A stretch of DNA of 64,000 bases from Sedimentisphaerales bacterium (GCA_963708075.1 OY970194.1:2592001-2656000); one strand, 5' to 3'; shown: positions 41,525 through 52,297, counted from the first letter of the stretch. Numbers and translations: made by a program. The notes: generated by a model not told the origin, from the sequence alone.

Positions 41525-42604
41525 ATGCGTATCGGATACACGCTGGTTCCGGCTTTGGTCTATCTCGCGGCAATGGCGGCCTTCACGGTGGCGTTTCTCG
41601 TCGATTGGATTCGCAGCTTCGAGCAGATTCGCAGGTACTGGAGGCATGCTGTCACCGCCGGAGCGATCCTGGTCAGCCTCAACTTTCTAATGATCGCCGG
41701 CGCGCCCGGCGGTTGGAACTTCCTGCGAATCATCAGTTTCGTGTCGTTGCCTCTGCTGTTCGTGAGGACCGTCGGCTTCGCCATGCTGGGAATGCACTAC
41801 TGCGCCAGGCTCGGGTATCCGGGTTTCCGCCTGCTGTCATCAGAACCCGCCACGGAAGAACCAGCGATAACCGACGCTCCGCTGCCGACTGTCGAGGGTA
41901 CAGGTTCGCAAATGGACGCCATCGCAGCCGAGCAATGCCTGTCCCCCGCTGAAATTCCGCCAGAACCGATGCCGCCGATTGATGTCCCTGTCCTGCAAGC
42001 AGACGCTCCCATTCTGCAGGTGGATGTGCCCATGCCACAGGACGCAAGTCCCCTTCCGGAGGTGGATATTCCTGTGCTGCAGGCGGATGTTCCCGCCGGA
42101 CAAGGCGTTGTGAGCAGCCCTTCTGTCGTATTGAACTTGCGGGATTACGCGTGGGACATCCTGCTGGTTGTGGCCGGCTCCGTGGTCTATTCCGCCCTGT
42201 TATTCCTCTTTACGAGGCCGCACATCACGGAGATGGTTCAGCGGGCCTTTGCCGTCAGAGAGAGTTCCGATGCCGGCAGGTACACTCCGCTCGCCATTCT
42301 GCTGGTCCTGGCCTTTGCATTCGGCGAGGAGATATTCTTCCGTCTCGGCATCCAGAATTTTCTCGCGCTGTATCTGAAATGGCAGGGAAACCGGTACTGG
42401 GCGGCCATCGCCGCGACCTCGCTTCTCTGGACGATTGGTCATGCGGGCGTGCTGGACCCCGACTGGGTGAAATTCGCCCAGATTTTTCCGGCGGGACTGA
42501 TGCTTGGCTGGCTGTTCCGCAGGCACGGCGTGGAGGCCTGCATACTCGCCCACGGCCTCTTCAACATCGTCATGATCGGCCTGTCTTCCATCCTGCTGAC
42601 GTGA
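41525..42604 (+). CDS. CPBP family intramembrane metalloprotease (CAAX/Abi)
   Basis: FGEEIFFR, WTIGH, AHGLFN motifs; several TM helices; acidic Pro-rich insert. Confidence 0.85.
   Translation: MRIGYTLVPALVYLAAMAAFTVAFLVDWIRSFEQIRRYWRHAVTAGAILVSLNFLMIAGAPGGWNFLRIISFVSLPLLFVRTVGFAMLGMHYCARLGYPGFRLLSSEPATEEPAITDAPLPTVEGTGSQMDAIAAEQCLSPAEIPPEPMPPIDVPVLQADAPILQVDVPMPQDASPLPEVDIPVLQADVPAGQGVVSSPSVVLNLRDYAWDILLVVAGSVVYSALLFLFTRPHITEMVQRAFAVRESSDAGRYTPLAILLVLAFAFGEEIFFRLGIQNFLALYLKWQGNRYWAAIAATSLLWTIGHAGVLDPDWVKFAQIFPAGLMLGWLFRRHGVEACILAHGLFNIVMIGLSSILLT
41981..42094 (+). repeat. In-frame 21-bp degenerate tandem repeat (~5.5 copies)
   Basis: DVPVLQA DAPILQV DVPMPQD ASPLPEV DIPVLQA DVP. Confidence 0.7.
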
Positions 42605-42758
42605 ACGCGCGAGGGATTTTACACATCTTTTACCGTTCTTCGCCTTGATTCACACGGACGCCCCTGCCACAATATCTGATGTCTCGAGTTTGCCGCGCGA
42701 TTCGTTGAATCGCCCGCAACGACATCAGAATACCTGCTATCAAAGAAGGGAGAACACA

Positions 42759-44276
42759 ATGAATCTGAAAAGGTGCTGCGAGATCGCCATCATGACCGTG
42801 CTTGCCTTGAATCTGGCCGTGACGGCGCAACCGTCTCTGACGATTTACAACCAGGACTTCGCCGTGGTGCGCCAGCCGCTGTCGCTCGACCTGCAGCGGG
42901 GAACCAACGAGCTGCGCGTGACGGATATCACGGCGCACATGGAAGCGGACTCCGTGATCCTGCGCGACCCGACAGGAAAACGGGCGCTCCAGATTCTCGA
43001 ACAGAACTACCGGGCCGATCCTGTCTCCCAGGGCCTGCTGCTGTCGCTCTACGAAGGCAAGGAGATCCAGTTCCTCGTCAGAAGACAGGACAAGGACGAG
43101 ATCATTCGCGGCCGGATCATCCGCAGCGGCTATCAGCCCCATCAGTCCGGCATGCAGCGCTACGGCCAGCAGTACGTCATGCAGCAGCAAGCCTTCGCAT
43201 ACGGGCCGGCCGGCCAGCCGATCATCGAGGTGGAAGGCACGCTGCGTTTCAACTTGCCGGGCGAGCCGCTGTTCCCCGCCCTGGCCGACGACACCATTCT
43301 CAAGCCGACGCTCCACTGGGTGCTCGAAACAGACAAGGCCGGCAAGCTTGACGCCGAGCTCAGCTACGTCACCGGCGGCATGAGCTGGGAGGCCGACTAC
43401 AGCATGCTCGCCCAGACCCAGGGCGACGCCATCGACGTCATCGGCTGGGTCACGATGGACAACCAGAGCGGCAGGACCTTCGAGAATGCCCGCATCAAGC
43501 TCATGGCCGGCGACGTCAGCAAGATCCAGCCGGAAGAGCGCCGGGAGGCGTATGCCTACAATCAGTCGGAGTTGCGAGGCAGGGGTGGACCGCTTCCCGT
43601 GTCCGAGAAGGCCTTCGAGGAGTACCATCTCTACACGCTGGCCCGCTCGACGACACTCCACGACCGCGAGACCAAGCAGGTCGAGTTCCTGCGGGCCGAC
43701 GGCGTCCAGGCCCAGCGGCTCTACGTCTATGACGGCGTGAAGATCGACATCAACCGCTATCGCGGCTATCCCTCGGAGAGCCTCCGCAATGAGCGCGACT
43801 ACGGCACGCAGTCCAATCCCAAAGTCTGGGTGATGAAGGAATTCAAGAACTCCAAGGAGAATCACCTCGGGATTCCGCTGCCTCGCGGCCGCGTGCGATT
43901 CTATCGTCGGGATGACGACGGACAACTGGAATTCACCGGCGAGAACCTCATCGATCACACGCCTCGGGATGAGACTGTCCGCGTCTACACCGGTGACGCC
44001 TTCGACCTCGTCGGAGAGCGGCGCAGGACCGATTATCGCATCGACACGGAGCATGACTGGCTCGATGAATCCTTCGAGATCAAGTTGCGTAATCGCAAGG
44101 AGGAAGGTGCCGTGGAGATCCGCGTCGTCGAACATCTCTACCGCTGGATCAACTGGGAGATCATCCAGAAATCCGACCCGTTCGCCAAGACAGACAGCCA
44201 GACCATCGAGTTCCGCGTCCAGGTCCCCGCCGGCGAGGAGAAGGTCGTCACATACAAAGTCCATTACACGTGGTAA
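42759..44276 (+). CDS. DUF4139-domain secreted protein
   Basis: Signal peptide, LTIYNQDFAVVR, LKPTLHW, LSYVTGGMSWEADY, NHLGIPLPRGRVRFY, IDHTP. Confidence 0.87.
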   Translation: MNLKRCCEIAIMTVLALNLAVTAQPSLTIYNQDFAVVRQPLSLDLQRGTNELRVTDITAHMEADSVILRDPTGKRALQILEQNYRADPVSQGLLLSLYEGKEIQFLVRRQDKDEIIRGRIIRSGYQPHQSGMQRYGQQYVMQQQAFAYGPAGQPIIEVEGTLRFNLPGEPLFPALADDTILKPTLHWVLETDKAGKLDAELSYVTGGMSWEADYSMLAQTQGDAIDVIGWVTMDNQSGRTFENARIKLMAGDVSKIQPEERREAYAYNQSELRGRGGPLPVSEKAFEEYHLYTLARSTTLHDRETKQVEFLRADGVQAQRLYVYDGVKIDINRYRGYPSESLRNERDYGTQSNPKVWVMKEFKNSKENHLGIPLPRGRVRFYRRDDDGQLEFTGENLIDHTPRDETVRVYTGDAFDLVGERRRTDYRIDTEHDWLDESFEIKLRNRKEEGAVEIRVVEHLYRWINWEIIQKSDPFAKTDSQTIEFRVQVPAGEEKVVTYKVHYTW

Positions 44277-44411
44277 GCCCGCACACGGTCACTGCCTGAG
44301 GCGGGAGTCGCAGAACTGCAACAGGACCTTGCAGGTTGACACCCGAAGTGTATACTACCGGGCAGACGAAGGCACATGCGCGTGGATTCTCGAGATGAAG
44401 GAGTTATCACA

Positions 44412-45207
44412 ATGTCTCAACAGCATCGTGTTCCCAAATGGATTCTCTGTCTTTCGGTCGTGATGGTCGGCGCCGGTCTATGCGGATGCAGCAGCTACAC
44501 TGTCCCCGGTCGCGGCGCCAGCATCGACCTGATGTCGGCGAGCGGCTCGGCAACATCGAGCCTGACGCCCGGCAATGATCCTTCTGCCCAGAGTAGCGGC
44601 GGGGACATCGAGATCACGCGTAGAAGAGCTACGGCCTCTTTCCCTGCGCATATTGTCGTTGTACGAATCCAGGAGCCTGGGTACAAGTCCATGACGAACG
44701 AGGGCGTTGGTGGCGGCAGATACAGTGTGATTGCGGTGCGCGACATCGAGAACCGACGAGGACTTCGAGCGTTTGAACCGGTTGCCCTCCGTAGCGGAAA
44801 TTGCGCCGCTGAGCCGTCTGCTTCTGCCGAGCGTATTCGAATCCGACAAGGAACTCCGCCAGGCGGCGGCACGAGTCCAGGCGGACATGCTGTTAGTGTA
44901 TACAGTGGACACGTCATTCCTCGATACGGACAAGTCCTCCGTGCTTGGCGTGGTTACCCTTGGTTTCGGCCCCACAATAGACGTGCGCGTGGTCACAACA
45001 GTCTCGGCTCTCCTGCTTGACACACAGACTGGTTACGTGTACGGGACCATCGAGGAAACCGCACGAGAGCAGACAACGACAGCAGCACTGAGCACCAAGA
45101 ACACATGTGATATGCTCAGACTGAAAACCGAGCGCCGGGCGTTTGAGAGCTTTCTTTCCGAGATGGAGACGGTCTGGCCGAGAATCGTCGAGAGCCAGAA
45201 GAAGTGA
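44412..45207 (+). CDS. Hypothetical lipoprotein; apparent +1 frameshift at ~44751
   Basis: Lipobox LCGC. The two ORFs join as RDIETDEDFERL after removing one A from GAGAACC (~264 aa). Confidence 0.7.
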
Positions 45208-45309
45208 CGGGCGACGCTGCCGTGGTCGGCCGGACGTGTGGGTGACAGATCCTTGCAGAAGATTCCGAATCTGCATAAGTGCCGGATAGGCAGTAGGAGA
45301 TATCGCCCG

Positions 45310-46590
45310 ATGCAAAAGATTTCAAGACGACAAGTACTCGGGTTTACGACGGCAGCGGTTGCGATGCCTCACATTATCCCCTCGACGATCATGGCAGGCA
45401 GCGGGACCACGCCGAGCACGCGAATCACGATGGGGGCGATCGGGCAGGGGAACCAGGGACTGCATAATCTCAAGAGCTTCCTCACGTTCGACGATGTGCG
45501 GGTGCTGGCCGTTTGCGACGTGGATCGCGGTCATCTGCAACGAGCGAAGGAGTTAGTGGACGCCGCGTATGGCAACAAGGATTGTGCTACGCATAGTGAT
45601 TTTCGCGATGTCCTTGCGCAGGGACATCGATACAGTCCTGATCGCCACGCCGGACCATTGGCACGCAATCCTTTCTATCGAGGCAGCCAAAGCCGGCAAG
45701 GACATCTACTGCGAAAAGCCGATCTCGCTGACCGTCGCAGAGGGCCGGGCTGTCGCCGACACGATGAAACGATACGGCACGGTCTACCAGAGCGGCACGC
45801 AGCGCCGGAGCATCGCCTGTTTTCGCTTCGGCGTGGACATCGCCCGCAGCGGCATGCTCGGCAAGTTGCATACGTTGCACTGCTATTATCATAACGGTCC
45901 AACGTGTCCGCCGCAGCCTGTGCAGCCCATACCCGATGGATTCGACTATGATATGTGGCTCGGCCCCGCGCCGTTCGAGCCCTACACGGTCCGGCGATGT
46001 CACGGCAGCTTTCGGTGGATCTACGACTACTCCGGCGGGCAACTGACCGACCTTGGGCGCATTTCGCGGACCTGGCCCAGTGGGCGCACGGCATCGAGGA
46101 CACGAGCCCGACACATTATGAGGGCTGGGCCGAGTTCCCCAAAGATGGGCTGTGGAACACGCCCGTGCGGTTCGAAGTCACCGCCACGTATGCCGACGGC
46201 GTGAAGATGATCATGCACGACGAGACGGAGCCCGGCCGCGGACCGCGAGGCAACAAGTACGTGGGCAGCGACGGCTGGGTCAGCGTTGACGATACCGGCA
46301 AGGTCACCGCCTCCGACCCCGCCATTCTGCGAAAGCTCAGCGCCGCCCAGCAGGGCTACGAGTACATGGAAGGCCACCACCGCGACTTCCTGACCGCTGT
46401 ACGAACGCGGGGCCGTACCATCGCCTCGCCCGAGGTCGCTCACCGCTCGACCACGACCTGTCACATCGCCAACATCTGCCTGCGTCTGGGTCGAAAGCTC
46501 CAGTGGGACCCCGCCGCCGAGCGATTCGTCAACGACCCCGAAGCCGACCGTATGCTCGCCCGCGCCGCGCGAAGCCCCTGGCGACTGTAG
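45310..46590 (+). CDS. Tat-exported Gfo/Idh/MocA oxidoreductase; two apparent frameshifts (~45617, ~46056)
   Basis: ISRRQVL, IGQGNQG, VCDVD, IATPDHWH, YCEKP, YDMWLGPAP, GQLTDLGAH (after correction). Confidence 0.88.
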
Positions 46591-46671
46591 CAGCCCTCGC
46601 GGGTACACTGGTACGTCGAGTCCCTACGACTCTCTCATCCCGTGGACCGCGCTCAGCACGGATGCCCCGCC

Positions 46672-46765
46672 GGGTGGCAGCGGCGAGCGGAGCCTGCGGA
46701 GCTTGCCGATGGTGCTGGGCTGCATCCAAGATGCCATCGGCAAACTGCGCTTGCCGCTGCCACCC
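46672..46765. repeat. ~90-bp palindromic REP/MITE-like element, copy 2
   Basis: GGGTGGCAGCGGCGAGCG...CGCTTGCCGCTGCCACCC with inner TTGCCGATGG/CCATCGGCAA. Confidence 0.75.
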
Positions 46766-46862
46766 AACTGCATGACGATTTTCAGAATCCAAGGGTGTGG
46801 AAAAGCATGGGGCTTGTGCGTCATAATGGGTGTCCGGACCGCTTAAGCGTACGAGTGGATAG

Positions 46863-47426
46863 ATGGAAATACCGTCAGATAGAGTACTTGTCAGGAAGTT
46901 CAAAGGGGGCGACCCCGAGGCGCTGCTGGCCATTTATCAGCGATACAGGGACTACCTCCTGAGCGTCGCCATGGCGATGGTCTGCGACATGGGCCGGGCC
47001 GAGGACGCCGTGCATGATGTCTTCGTGTCCCTGGCCCAGAAGCGACAGGAATTCCGATTCCGCGGCAACCTCAAGGCCTGCCTGGCGGTTTCCGTGGTGA
47101 ATCGGACGCGGGACCTGCTCCGGCGGCAGAGCGTTCGGGCCGCGGCGCCGCTCGATCCTGAGGCCCATATCGTCTCGGAATCGCCCGCCCCGGAACAGAT
47201 CGCCATGCTCAACGAGCAGTGCCGCCGACTGGCCGTAGCACTGGGACAGCTTCCAGAGGCACAGCGGGAGGTGCTCGTCCTTCGCCACAAGTGCGGCCTG
47301 CCGTTGCGAGAGATCGCCAGAGTGCAGCAGACCGGCATAAGCACGGTCCACGCCCGCTATCGTTACGGTTTGAACACCCTACGGGCACTGATGAACGGAG
47401 AACTCGACGATGAAACCGGTCGATAA
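46863..47426 (+). CDS. ECF RNA polymerase sigma factor
   Basis: Region 2 AEDAVHDVF; region 4 LPEAQREVLVLR...LREIA...STVHARYRYG. Confidence 0.92.
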   Translation: MEIPSDRVLVRKFKGGDPEALLAIYQRYRDYLLSVAMAMVCDMGRAEDAVHDVFVSLAQKRQEFRFRGNLKACLAVSVVNRTRDLLRRQSVRAAAPLDPEAHIVSESPAPEQIAMLNEQCRRLAVALGQLPEAQREVLVLRHKCGLPLREIARVQQTGISTVHARYRYGLNTLRALMNGELDDETGR

Positions 47427-49197
47427 GATAGCCAGAGCCATCTCGCAATTCGAGGTGCAGGCGCTGCCCCGCCTCGACGAGCGTGTCCGCGAGCACGTAT
47501 ATGAGGCATTCGCCGATTCCACCGCGGCACCTGCAGCACAAGTGAGAACACGTCGATGGCGGCTCGTGGTGCGCAATCGAATCGCGCAGCTTGCCGCCGC
47601 GGCTGTGATCGTCGTGGGGATGCTGCTGGGTCTGCACCTGTGGAATCCCCTGAGAGCGGAAGTGTACGCCGTCGGGCAGACTGTGGAGGCGTTGCGCAAG
47701 ATCGAGACCGTACATGCCTTCTGCACCGACTGGGAGGGCCACAAATTCGAGATGTGGATGCGGCCCGACCCCGCCACGGGCGCCAACGACTTCATCTGCC
47801 TGACTGAGGCGGAGCGGGACTACGTTGTGATTTCCACGCCGCGCGTGTCGTACTACTATTATCCGGGGCGCAACATGGTCCGCATCGTCCGGGGCCAGCT
47901 CATCACCAGCGACCTGGACCTGGCCAAGACGATTGAGTCGCTGACGAAGGAGGCCAACAACGAGGGGGACTCGGTCGAGATCGGCCGGAAGGTCACCGAC
48001 CGCTACGGCAGTGTCATCACGATCCATCGGGCAGGTCCTTCCGCGGAGTATGAGGCGTGGATCGATCCTGAGACCAAACTGCTGCTGGGTCTGGAGTACA
48101 CGCGGTCCGGCAACCCGGGAGAGATTACCAAGAGCATGGACGAGATCCGCTACAACGAGCCGGTCCCGGACCAGTGGCTTAACTTTCAGTGCCCCGACAA
48201 TGCGGTGATCCGGCCGGAGAAATGGGGTGATCTCGATGACCCGAAGTACGGCATCGACGTGACGGGCCTGAGCGATGAAGAGGCCTGCCGGGAGATCCTG
48301 ACGCAGTTGTTCGAGGCCATCAACGCCCCGAACCTGGATCAAATACGCAAGCTCGTTCCGGTCGCCAATCAATGGGACGATCAGGCTCTTATTGCAGGTT
48401 TCCAGGGGGTCACCGGGAGCGTGTGGGATGATCCCAAGCCCGGGGTGGCGGCGTACGAGATCGGAGCGCCTTACGAGGACAGGGCCTGCCCGCTGGGTCT
48501 GCTCGTGCCGTGTACGCTCACGGACCATAACGCGCAGCGATTCGTAATCGATTTGATCGTTCGATTCCGCCAGACAGAGGGGCAACGCACGTGCGTCGTC
48601 GTGTTCGCCTGGAGCGGCATCAAGCCTCGCCTGGGAGCGATGCACCAGCGGCGACCATGGAGAGCACCCGACTCCCCGTTCGAGGGGCCGATGGATGCCG
48701 TGCTGCCCACGTCGCAATCGGTCCTCCTGATCCTCCCGACCAATGAGGTGGATGAGATCGCCGAGCGGAAGATTCATGCCAGCGTGCGTGACATGCAGAA
48801 ACTGATGACAGAGAAATTGCCCCAATGCGAAGTGAAGATCCTGACGGACGTTGAGGCCCTGCAGGCGGACCTGTCGGGCAGCTCCTTGAGGGTGTACGGC
48901 ACTCTGCAAGGCAACCTCTGGCTGGCGAAGCATGTTGCCCTGCCGGTCGTGATCGAACCCAACAGCATCACGGCCGACCGCATCTATGAGGGCTCGGACC
49001 TGCGGTTCATCAGCGCCTGGCCCAACCCGCAGAACCCGAACAGAGGCATGATCATCTACACCGCCCAACGGGCTGAGGACGTCGCCTACATCAACAGCAT
49101 CATGCACGGACCGACCGATTACCTCGTGGCCCAGGGCCGGAACATCGTTCACTCTGCAAACTACGTCAAGAAAAAGGGCCAATGGACACTCCAGTGA
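47410..49197 (+). CDS. Putative anti-sigma factor: single TM, LolA-like periplasmic region, C-terminal duplicated domain
   Basis: Overlaps the sigma gene; short cytoplasmic N-terminus, TM AQLAAAAVIVVGMLL, WIDPETKLL beta-rich region. Confidence 0.72.
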   Translation: MKPVDKIARAISQFEVQALPRLDERVREHVYEAFADSTAAPAAQVRTRRWRLVVRNRIAQLAAAAVIVVGMLLGLHLWNPLRAEVYAVGQTVEALRKIETVHAFCTDWEGHKFEMWMRPDPATGANDFICLTEAERDYVVISTPRVSYYYYPGRNMVRIVRGQLITSDLDLAKTIESLTKEANNEGDSVEIGRKVTDRYGSVITIHRAGPSAEYEAWIDPETKLLLGLEYTRSGNPGEITKSMDEIRYNEPVPDQWLNFQCPDNAVIRPEKWGDLDDPKYGIDVTGLSDEEACREILTQLFEAINAPNLDQIRKLVPVANQWDDQALIAGFQGVTGSVWDDPKPGVAAYEIGAPYEDRACPLGLLVPCTLTDHNAQRFVIDLIVRFRQTEGQRTCVVVFAWSGIKPRLGAMHQRRPWRAPDSPFEGPMDAVLPTSQSVLLILPTNEVDEIAERKIHASVRDMQKLMTEKLPQCEVKILTDVEALQADLSGSSLRVYGTLQGNLWLAKHVALPVVIEPNSITADRIYEGSDLRFISAWPNPQNPNRGMIIYTAQRAEDVAYINSIMHGPTDYLVAQGRNIVHSANYVKKKGQWTLQ

Positions 49198-49259
49198 CTG
49201 CAACTGGGCGTTGAATTGCGGATATTGGGGGAATCTAATCGATGGTTGAGGACATGGAC

Positions 49260-51222
49260 ATGAGGAAGAATGGCATCGCATGTATCACCCTGCTGGGCCT
49301 TTGTTTAGCGAGCTCGTGCCACCCACAACCGTCGAAAGTGTCCGACCCGCTGTTCCAAGGACCGATCAACGGCGCGGGGGCCACGTCACAGTCGACCGTG
49401 CTGATCATCCCGACAAACGAGACAGACAAGGCCGCCGAGCAGAAGATCCATGATTATGTTCGCGGTGTACAGAAGTTCATCGCGGGGAAATCTCCCGGCC
49501 GTGAGGTGAAGGTCTTGACGGACGCCGAAGCCTTGCAGATGGACCTCTCACAAAGCGAGGTGAGCGTGTACGGGACGCCGCGGGGAAACCTCTGGCTCGC
49601 GAAATACATCACCGCCCTTCCGGTCGTGATTGAACCCAATGGCATCACCGCCGAACGCCTGTACGAAGGCTCGAACCTGCGATTCATCAGCGCGTGGCCC
49701 CATCCCAAGAACGGCAAGCTGGGCATGGTCATCTATACCGCTCAGCGGGCCGAGGATGTGGTCGGCGTGAACAGCATCTTGCACGGGCCGACCGACTACC
49801 TCGTGGCCCAGGGCCAGACCATCGTGCGCGCCGCGAATTACGTCAATAAAGAAGGCCAATGGGCTTTCCCGTCTTTCCAACTGGGGTTGGCTCAGGCGAC
49901 GGATGACCTGGACTTCCTGTTCAAGACTATCGAGCAGGTTCACCCGGACTGCCGGGCCAACATGTCGAAGGCCGACTACAAGGCACTCAAGGAACGTTCT
50001 CATGCGGCGTTGGGGCAGGCCAGCGATGACAAGGGCCGAGTCCCGATCCGCGTGTTGGCCCTGACCGCTGCCGAGGCCGCAGCAGCCATCGGCGACGGGC
50101 ACACCGCCTGTCATCTTCCCCCGGACTTGGCCGATGCCGGCGATCCATCGCCCTGCATGCCCCCCTTCCGGCTTCGCTGGGATGCGGGGTACGTCGTGAT
50201 CGATAAGACCGTCGGCGGGCTTGAACATCTTGCAGGCGCCCAGTTGCTCCAGATCAACGACCAGCCGTTCGAGCAGGCCATCGCGCCAATTCTGGCCCGG
50301 GTTTCCGGCGAACGGCAGGAATTCCGGATGATTTGTTTCCTTAATCAGCAGGAGGACTATTGGGCATTGGTGCGGCCCGTGCAAGGCGAGGGGATGACCA
50401 CCACAATCCGCCGGGGCACGGACGAGCCGCAGACCATCAAAGTGCCCTTGATCTCCCAAGCGCGGTACAGGCAGGAGCTGCCCATGGTCCGCCACGTCTA
50501 TCCCACGGGCTCTCACGAGTTTCATCACGACGGCCGGACCTGCTACTGGCGGTATGACAGCTTCCAGCTCTCCGATGCGGCAAAGAAAGAGATCGACGCC
50601 GTGTTCAAGGATATCCGCGAGCACAACGCTCGCAACCTCATCATCGACCTGCGCTTCAATGGCGGCGGCAACTCGCAAGTGGGCGAGTACATCCTGGACT
50701 ATCTTACGAGCAAGCCCTACCGCTTCTTTTCTCGCGGCAGCGTGAAGGTTCTCAAAGCAACTCCCCCAAAGGGAGCAACTCGGCATTCTCAGCCCTATTG
50801 CGAGACTTTTCCAGGGGCACGTCGTCACCATGAAGATATCCCCGCGACAGCCTCGGGACATGGAATACAAATTCGACGGCTCCATCTACGCAATCATCGG
50901 ACCGGGTACCTTCTCCACGGCTTCCGGGTTCGCCCACGTCCTCAAGGATTACCACATCGGCACGCTCGTGGGCGAAGAGACGGGCGGCCTGCGCCTGTGC
51001 TTCGGCAACTGCCCCACCTTCCACATGCCGCACAGCAATCTCCCCTTCAACGTCTCCACCGCGCGGTACTACGCTCCCATCCCTAAGCCCGACGACGCCA
51101 CCCACGGCTCCCTTCCCGACATCCCCATCACCGACGACCAGCTCGTCCGCTTTACAGATGACAAGGACCCGCAAATCGCCTTTCTTCTCGACCTGATCGA
51201 AAAGCAATCGGCGGCAAAATAA
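49260..51222 (+). CDS. S41-family peptidase lipoprotein; apparent +1 frameshift at ~50750
   Basis: Lipobox LASSC, PDZ-like LLQIND, NLIIDLRFNGGGNS, TFSTAS, LVGEETGG. Changing GGTTCTC to GGTCTC joins the ORFs (~653 aa). Confidence 0.85.
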
Positions 51223-51371
51223 GACTTGGTGCGTGCCGCAGCCTTGGCCCGCTATGGACTCTCAGGGCTCCGAACTCCGGGTGCCATGCACGCGCACGCG
51301 TGACTACGCCCTAACCACCCTGCCAGATATGTCTATGCAGACGCACGTCCGGTGGGCGCGCGACCTGTGCG

Positions 51372-52133
51372 TCATTTTGTCTCGGGCTTCTTGCCGGCGG
51401 GTTTCGGTTGGGCGTCCTGGGGCTTGTCGAGAACTTTGATGCGAGCGTTGCGGATCTGGACATGCTCGGCACCGGTGCTGAGCTCCTGGAAGCCGATGTG
51501 TCCCTTTCGCGGCCGGTCCTTGACTTTCGGGCAGGGCTGACCATTATGCCGCAGCACCAGCTGGTTCTGCTCGTCCAGGTTCAAGTCGTGGATCACCACG
51601 GCGTTCAGCGTGACATGCAGCTTGTTCCCGTTGAGCGTCACCACGTAGCTGTTCCACTCCGTCGGCTTGTACACCTGCTTGAGCGGCGCGATCGCCCGGT
51701 AGATACCGCCGGCCAACTCGGAGTCCTTGGCCTGCGGGTTATAGCGGTAGTCCGCCATCTGCAGCTCCATCCCGTCGAAGGCGGGATCGCCGAACAGCGG
51801 CGCCCGTAGCGCACAGCCGCTGTTGCCGGTCGGGCCAAGCTTGAAGTCGAACTTCAGGATGAAATCGCCATATTCCTGCTTGCTGAGCAGCCAGGTCCCT
51901 CGCGGCTCGCCGCCCTGGAGAATCCCGTCCTTTACGACCCACTTCACTGCCGGATCGGCCGGCTTGTTCACATCGTCCCACGCCCGCACCAGCCAGCCCT
52001 GGGGCGTGCCATCCTGTGGGAACAGCCGCACGAAACCTTCCTCCTTCTCCTTTACCTCGGCCGCCGACACAATCGCCCCCGCCACAAGCACCACCGCTGC
52101 TGCCACACACCACAATCGAACGTTCGTTCTCAT
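51372..52133 (-). CDS. DUF1080 (3-keto-disaccharide hydrolase) family protein
   Basis: Signal peptide, WVVKDG, YGDFILKFDF, GNSG, ELQMAD, EWNSY, GHIGFQ, IRNARIK. Confidence 0.88.
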   Translation of the reverse strand: MRTNVRLWCVAAAVVLVAGAIVSAAEVKEKEEGFVRLFPQDGTPQGWLVRAWDDVNKPADPAVKWVVKDGILQGGEPRGTWLLSKQEYGDFILKFDFKLGPTGNSGCALRAPLFGDPAFDGMELQMADYRYNPQAKDSELAGGIYRAIAPLKQVYKPTEWNSYVVTLNGNKLHVTLNAVVIHDLNLDEQNQLVLRHNGQPCPKVKDRPRKGHIGFQELSTGAEHVQIRNARIKVLDKPQDAQPKPAGKKPETK

Positions 52134-52297
52134 CGTTCAACCTCCACAATCTCATTTTCCATGTACGAATCCATCAACAGCCAATCCCTGGCACAATGAT
52201 GGGCAATATTCTACAGCCGAACAGATGTGCACGCAATTGCCGCTTGACAGCCATCGTAAGATGGGCTTCAGCCCATGCTGCTCTCCCAGAAGGCGAA

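Noticed and set aside
6796..51222. Mass pseudogenisation or programmed ribosomal frameshifting for the split genes
   Set aside because: Breaks recur at two DNA motifs on either strand, catalytic residues are intact and there are no slippery heptamers; sequencing error is more parsimonious.
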